NCBI GenBank assembly: GCA_030916555.1
Contig: JAUPWK010000018.1
Span: 1 to 28,425, forward strand
From: Patescibacteria group bacterium
GTDB lineage: Bacteria; Patescibacteriota; Patescibacteriia; UBA9934
Direction: 5' to 3'
Length of the DNA stretch: 28,425 bases
Below, piece after piece: positions 25,777 to 28,425 of this stretch (position 1 is its first letter; each line of letters opens with the position of its first letter). The position numbers and the translations under genes were made by a program. The notes under the pieces were generated by a model. The model made no database searches. It was not told the origin of the DNA and was given only the letters and a program-made list of their open reading frames with translations.

Positions 25777-27059
25777 GCTAACCACCGATCCTCCTGCCGA
25801 ACCAACAACTCTGTCGCCTTACCAGGTTCGGCTAAAATATCCTTAACAAGACGCTCCATGCGCTGTGACTGAGAACCCTTTACAAGCACAACATCGCCTG
25901 TCTCAAGAATGCGATCCAGATAACGGCCAGCTTCAACCGAATCCTTAAACCAAATCGTTTTGTCCTCTGGCATACCCGCCGCAATAGCAGCTTCAATTGC
26001 GAACTTCATCTGAGGACCAACCGCTACAAACAAATCCGCAGCTGTAGCTACACGCTCACCAATCATGCGATGCTCAGCCTCAGATAGGCTTCCAAGCTCT
26101 GCCATGTCCGCCAGTGCAGCAATCCGACGATCCTTAAGCTCCCCTGGAGTAAACTGCTCTAACGCCTCAAGTCCGGCAATAACCGAAGCTGGAGCGGCAT
26201 TATAACTGTCGTCCAAAATAAGCGAACCCTTAATACCAGCCAACGGTCGCAAACGACCATTCACCGGTACAAGCTCCTTTGAAAGCGCGGCCGTGGCCGT
26301 GACTAAAGGCACACCGTGATGCACTGCCACCTGAACGGCAGCAAGGGCTGCGGACACCATAGACACAGTGGCGCAATTCAAAAGCTCAAGCTCGGCAGTC
26401 TCGTTCCCAACGTGCAACGTGGCCTTTGTAACCACAAACACCTCCCCCACATCAAAGCTTTCCTCTTTCGGATAGGTGAACTGAATATCTGTAGCGTATG
26501 CATCACCATTACTTAAGCTATACGTTCTCACGGGAGCATGAAAACGTTTGCGCATGCCCATAACACGAACATCGTCGCCATTTAAAAGCACAAGTCCGTC
26601 CTGCAAGACTGCTTCACCTAAGGCCGCCTTCTCATCAATAAGTGCCTCAAGGCTTGGGTAATTCGAAACATGTACTGGAGAAATCGCCGTAATCACTACT
26701 GTCTGCGGATGTGCAATCCGAATAAGCCCAGCCATATCGCCAGGCTTGTCCACGCCATATTCGAGAACAAGATACTCCGGCATATCTTTGCTCCGCACTG
26801 CCCGAGTAAACAATTTCAACCACTCCCAAGCGTTTTTTCCCGGACTCTGCTCGCCAAGAACTGCGAGGGGTAAACCAATTTCGTTATTGTAATTTTTATA
26901 CGGCGTACGAACACGATATTTTGCACCAAGTGCAATCGCAATTGCGCTACGTGTTGAAGTCTTCCCCACCGAACCCGTAACTGCAACCACTGTTGGGTGG
27001 TACTTTTTGATTTTCGCCTTGGCGATGTTGGCTAACGCTTTGATAACGAGATTTTTCAT
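25773..27059 (-). CDS. murF: UDP-N-acetylmuramoyl-tripeptide--D-alanyl-D-alanine ligase
   Basis: VTGSVGKTST, NYNNEIGLPL, VLEYGVDKPGDM, ILDDSYNAAPAS, LADMAELG and VLVKGSQ. Start set at MKNLVIK (27059) rather than the ORF-track 27122. Confidence 0.93.
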   Translation of the reverse strand: MKNLVIKALANIAKAKIKKYHPTVVAVTGSVGKTSTRSAIAIALGAKYRVRTPYKNYNNEIGLPLAVLGEQSPGKNAWEWLKLFTRAVRSKDMPEYLVLEYGVDKPGDMAGLIRIAHPQTVVITAISPVHVSNYPSLEALIDEKAALGEAVLQDGLVLLNGDDVRVMGMRKRFHAPVRTYSLSNGDAYATDIQFTYPKEESFDVGEVFVVTKATLHVGNETAELELLNCATVSMVSAALAAVQVAVHHGVPLVTATAALSKELVPVNGRLRPLAGIKGSLILDDSYNAAPASVIAGLEALEQFTPGELKDRRIAALADMAELGSLSEAEHRMIGERVATAADLFVAVGPQMKFAIEAAIAAGMPEDKTIWFKDSVEAGRYLDRILETGDVVLVKGSQSQRMERLVKDILAEPGKATELLVRQEDRWLA

Positions 27060-27194
27060 ATATTTAAGCAAGTGACTGACCAAACGATATATATTCCGCA
27101 GACATGGTCGTAATGCATACAAGCCTGACCTGCCGACGACCTAATCCCTCCGCACGTCGGGATGGTCATAAAGGTCATCAGCTACAAATACAGG

Positions 27195-28425
27195 TTACTC
27201 GATTGGGCGCTCTGGGGCAACGCCGTAATACTCCAAAAGGAAAGCGGCGATTTCGCCAAAGACCGGCGCAGCCGTACTCTCTGCGTAGATCACTCCTTCT
27301 TTGGGATTTTCGATTTTTACAATCATGGCAAAAACTGGATCCTGAACCGGACCATAACCAGCAAATGAACCATTGAATTCAGTTGTCGAATATACGCCAT
27401 TTCTTGCAATCTGCGCCGTTCCGGTTTTGCCACCAATGTAATAACCCGGCACACCTGCTTTTTTACCGTGACCGTATTCCACCACTGACACCAACATTGC
27501 ACCAACAGTCGTTGCCGTTGCAGGAGACACAACTTGTCGAACCTCCTGTGGCTCCGTCTTCTCAACCGTACCGTCCGCATAGCGCAATTCATCAACAATA
27601 TATGGCTTCATAAGCAAGCCACCATTTGCCAACGCCGCATATGCAGTCACGATTTGTAATGGCGTAACCGTGATTCCTTGCCCGAAAGCAGCCGTAGCTG
27701 GATACACCTCTGACCACTCATCAAGTGAAGCAATTGTTCCGGCTACTTCTGATTTTAACTGAATACCCGTTGGCTCACCAAAACCAAATTTCTTCACGTA
27801 ATCTTCTAGAGCGTCACGCCCCATCTGACGCATTACCCAAACCATTCCTGTGTTAATCGACTCTTCCAGCACCTCGATCATGGAAACATTACCAAACACT
27901 TTTTGAGCAGCGTTATGAATGGTAAACGTATCAATTTTCACTGAACCAGTATCTGTAAAGCGGGAATCTGGACTTACCGCGCCTACATCAATTGCGGCCG
28001 CCATAGTGAGCGGCTTAAAAATTGATCCCGGTTCGTAGGCGCTAAAGATAGCCGTATTGTTATATACAGCCGCGTCTTCTACATGGCCATACTCCGCTGG
28101 ATAAAAATCTGGAGCGCCGCACATCGCCAACACCTTACCGGTCTTAGGCTCGAGAATTACTACTGTCCCAGAGTCTGCGCGATGCTGTTCAACACCGCGC
28201 TCCAAAATCTCACACACTTTTACCTGCAACGTGCGGTCAATTGTAAGTACAATATCTCCCCCATCAATCGCAGGTTTAAACTCACGATTCCCTACCCCAA
28301 TCCAGCGCCCCGACACATCAGTTTGTGAATTTAAGTGGCCAGGCTTACCAGACAAAAAATCATTAAAATACCCCTCAAGGCCATAGAGTCCACGTGGCTG
28401 ACCATCGTCTTTACGTCCCAAAAAA
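27195..28425 (-). CDS. Class B penicillin-binding protein (FtsI/PBP2 family), 5' part outside the window
   Basis: YEPGSIFKP (SxxK), SINTG (SxN) and GGKTGTAQ (KTG); upstream of murF as in dcw clusters; frame open to the window edge. Confidence 0.93.
   Translation of the reverse strand, partial: FLGRKDDGQPRGLYGLEGYFNDFLSGKPGHLNSQTDVSGRWIGVGNREFKPAIDGGDIVLTIDRTLQVKVCEILERGVEQHRADSGTVVILEPKTGKVLAMCGAPDFYPAEYGHVEDAAVYNNTAIFSAYEPGSIFKPLTMAAAIDVGAVSPDSRFTDTGSVKIDTFTIHNAAQKVFGNVSMIEVLEESINTGMVWVMRQMGRDALEDYVKKFGFGEPTGIQLKSEVAGTIASLDEWSEVYPATAAFGQGITVTPLQIVTAYAALANGGLLMKPYIVDELRYADGTVEKTEPQEVRQVVSPATATTVGAMLVSVVEYGHGKKAGVPGYYIGGKTGTAQIARNGVYSTTEFNGSFAGYGPVQDPVFAMIVKIENPKEGVIYAESTAAPVFGEIAAFLLEYYGVAPERPIE

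Noticed and set aside
27136-27169. Hairpin between the PBP gene and murF as a riboswitch
   Set aside because: An 11-bp bulged stem with no conserved motif of a known riboswitch and no U-tract; more likely a processing or stability hairpin.

Overview
A 28.4 kb chromosomal window, almost all on the minus strand, most consistent with a Patescibacteria/CPR (Parcubacteria-like) bacterium using genetic code 11. That assignment is an inference from the short HrcA, the stand-alone VirD4-like ATPase, the Gmad2 and DUF5667-type proteins and the compact gene packing. Housekeeping genes: partial dnaX, cysS, an ECF sigma/anti-sigma pair, a CIRCE-controlled hrcA-grpE-dnaK-dnaJ operon, a Kef-type antiporter, an M29-like peptidase, msrB, an M48 peptidase, a GST, murF and a partial class B PBP. 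Four things stand out. (1) The heat-shock operon carries four tightly coupled extra genes, including an RnlA-like HEPN RNase candidate (RNxxxH) between grpE and dnaK with no visible antitoxin and a Cys/His-rich metallothionein-like protein. (2) A ~344 nt minus-strand unit (25212 to 24869) has a near-consensus promoter and its own terminator but no credible ORF, making it a candidate orphan ncRNA. (3) From ~20.8 to 25.8 kb lies a cluster of very small genes, most with their own sigma70 promoter, Shine-Dalgarno and terminator; three of the promoters share a spacer motif. (4) A ~320 bp multi-hairpin REP/MITE-like element lies at 19450-19770. No rRNA, tRNA, CRISPR array, transposase, integrase or reverse transcriptase was recognised. 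All family calls come from motif recognition by eye; no database searches were run.
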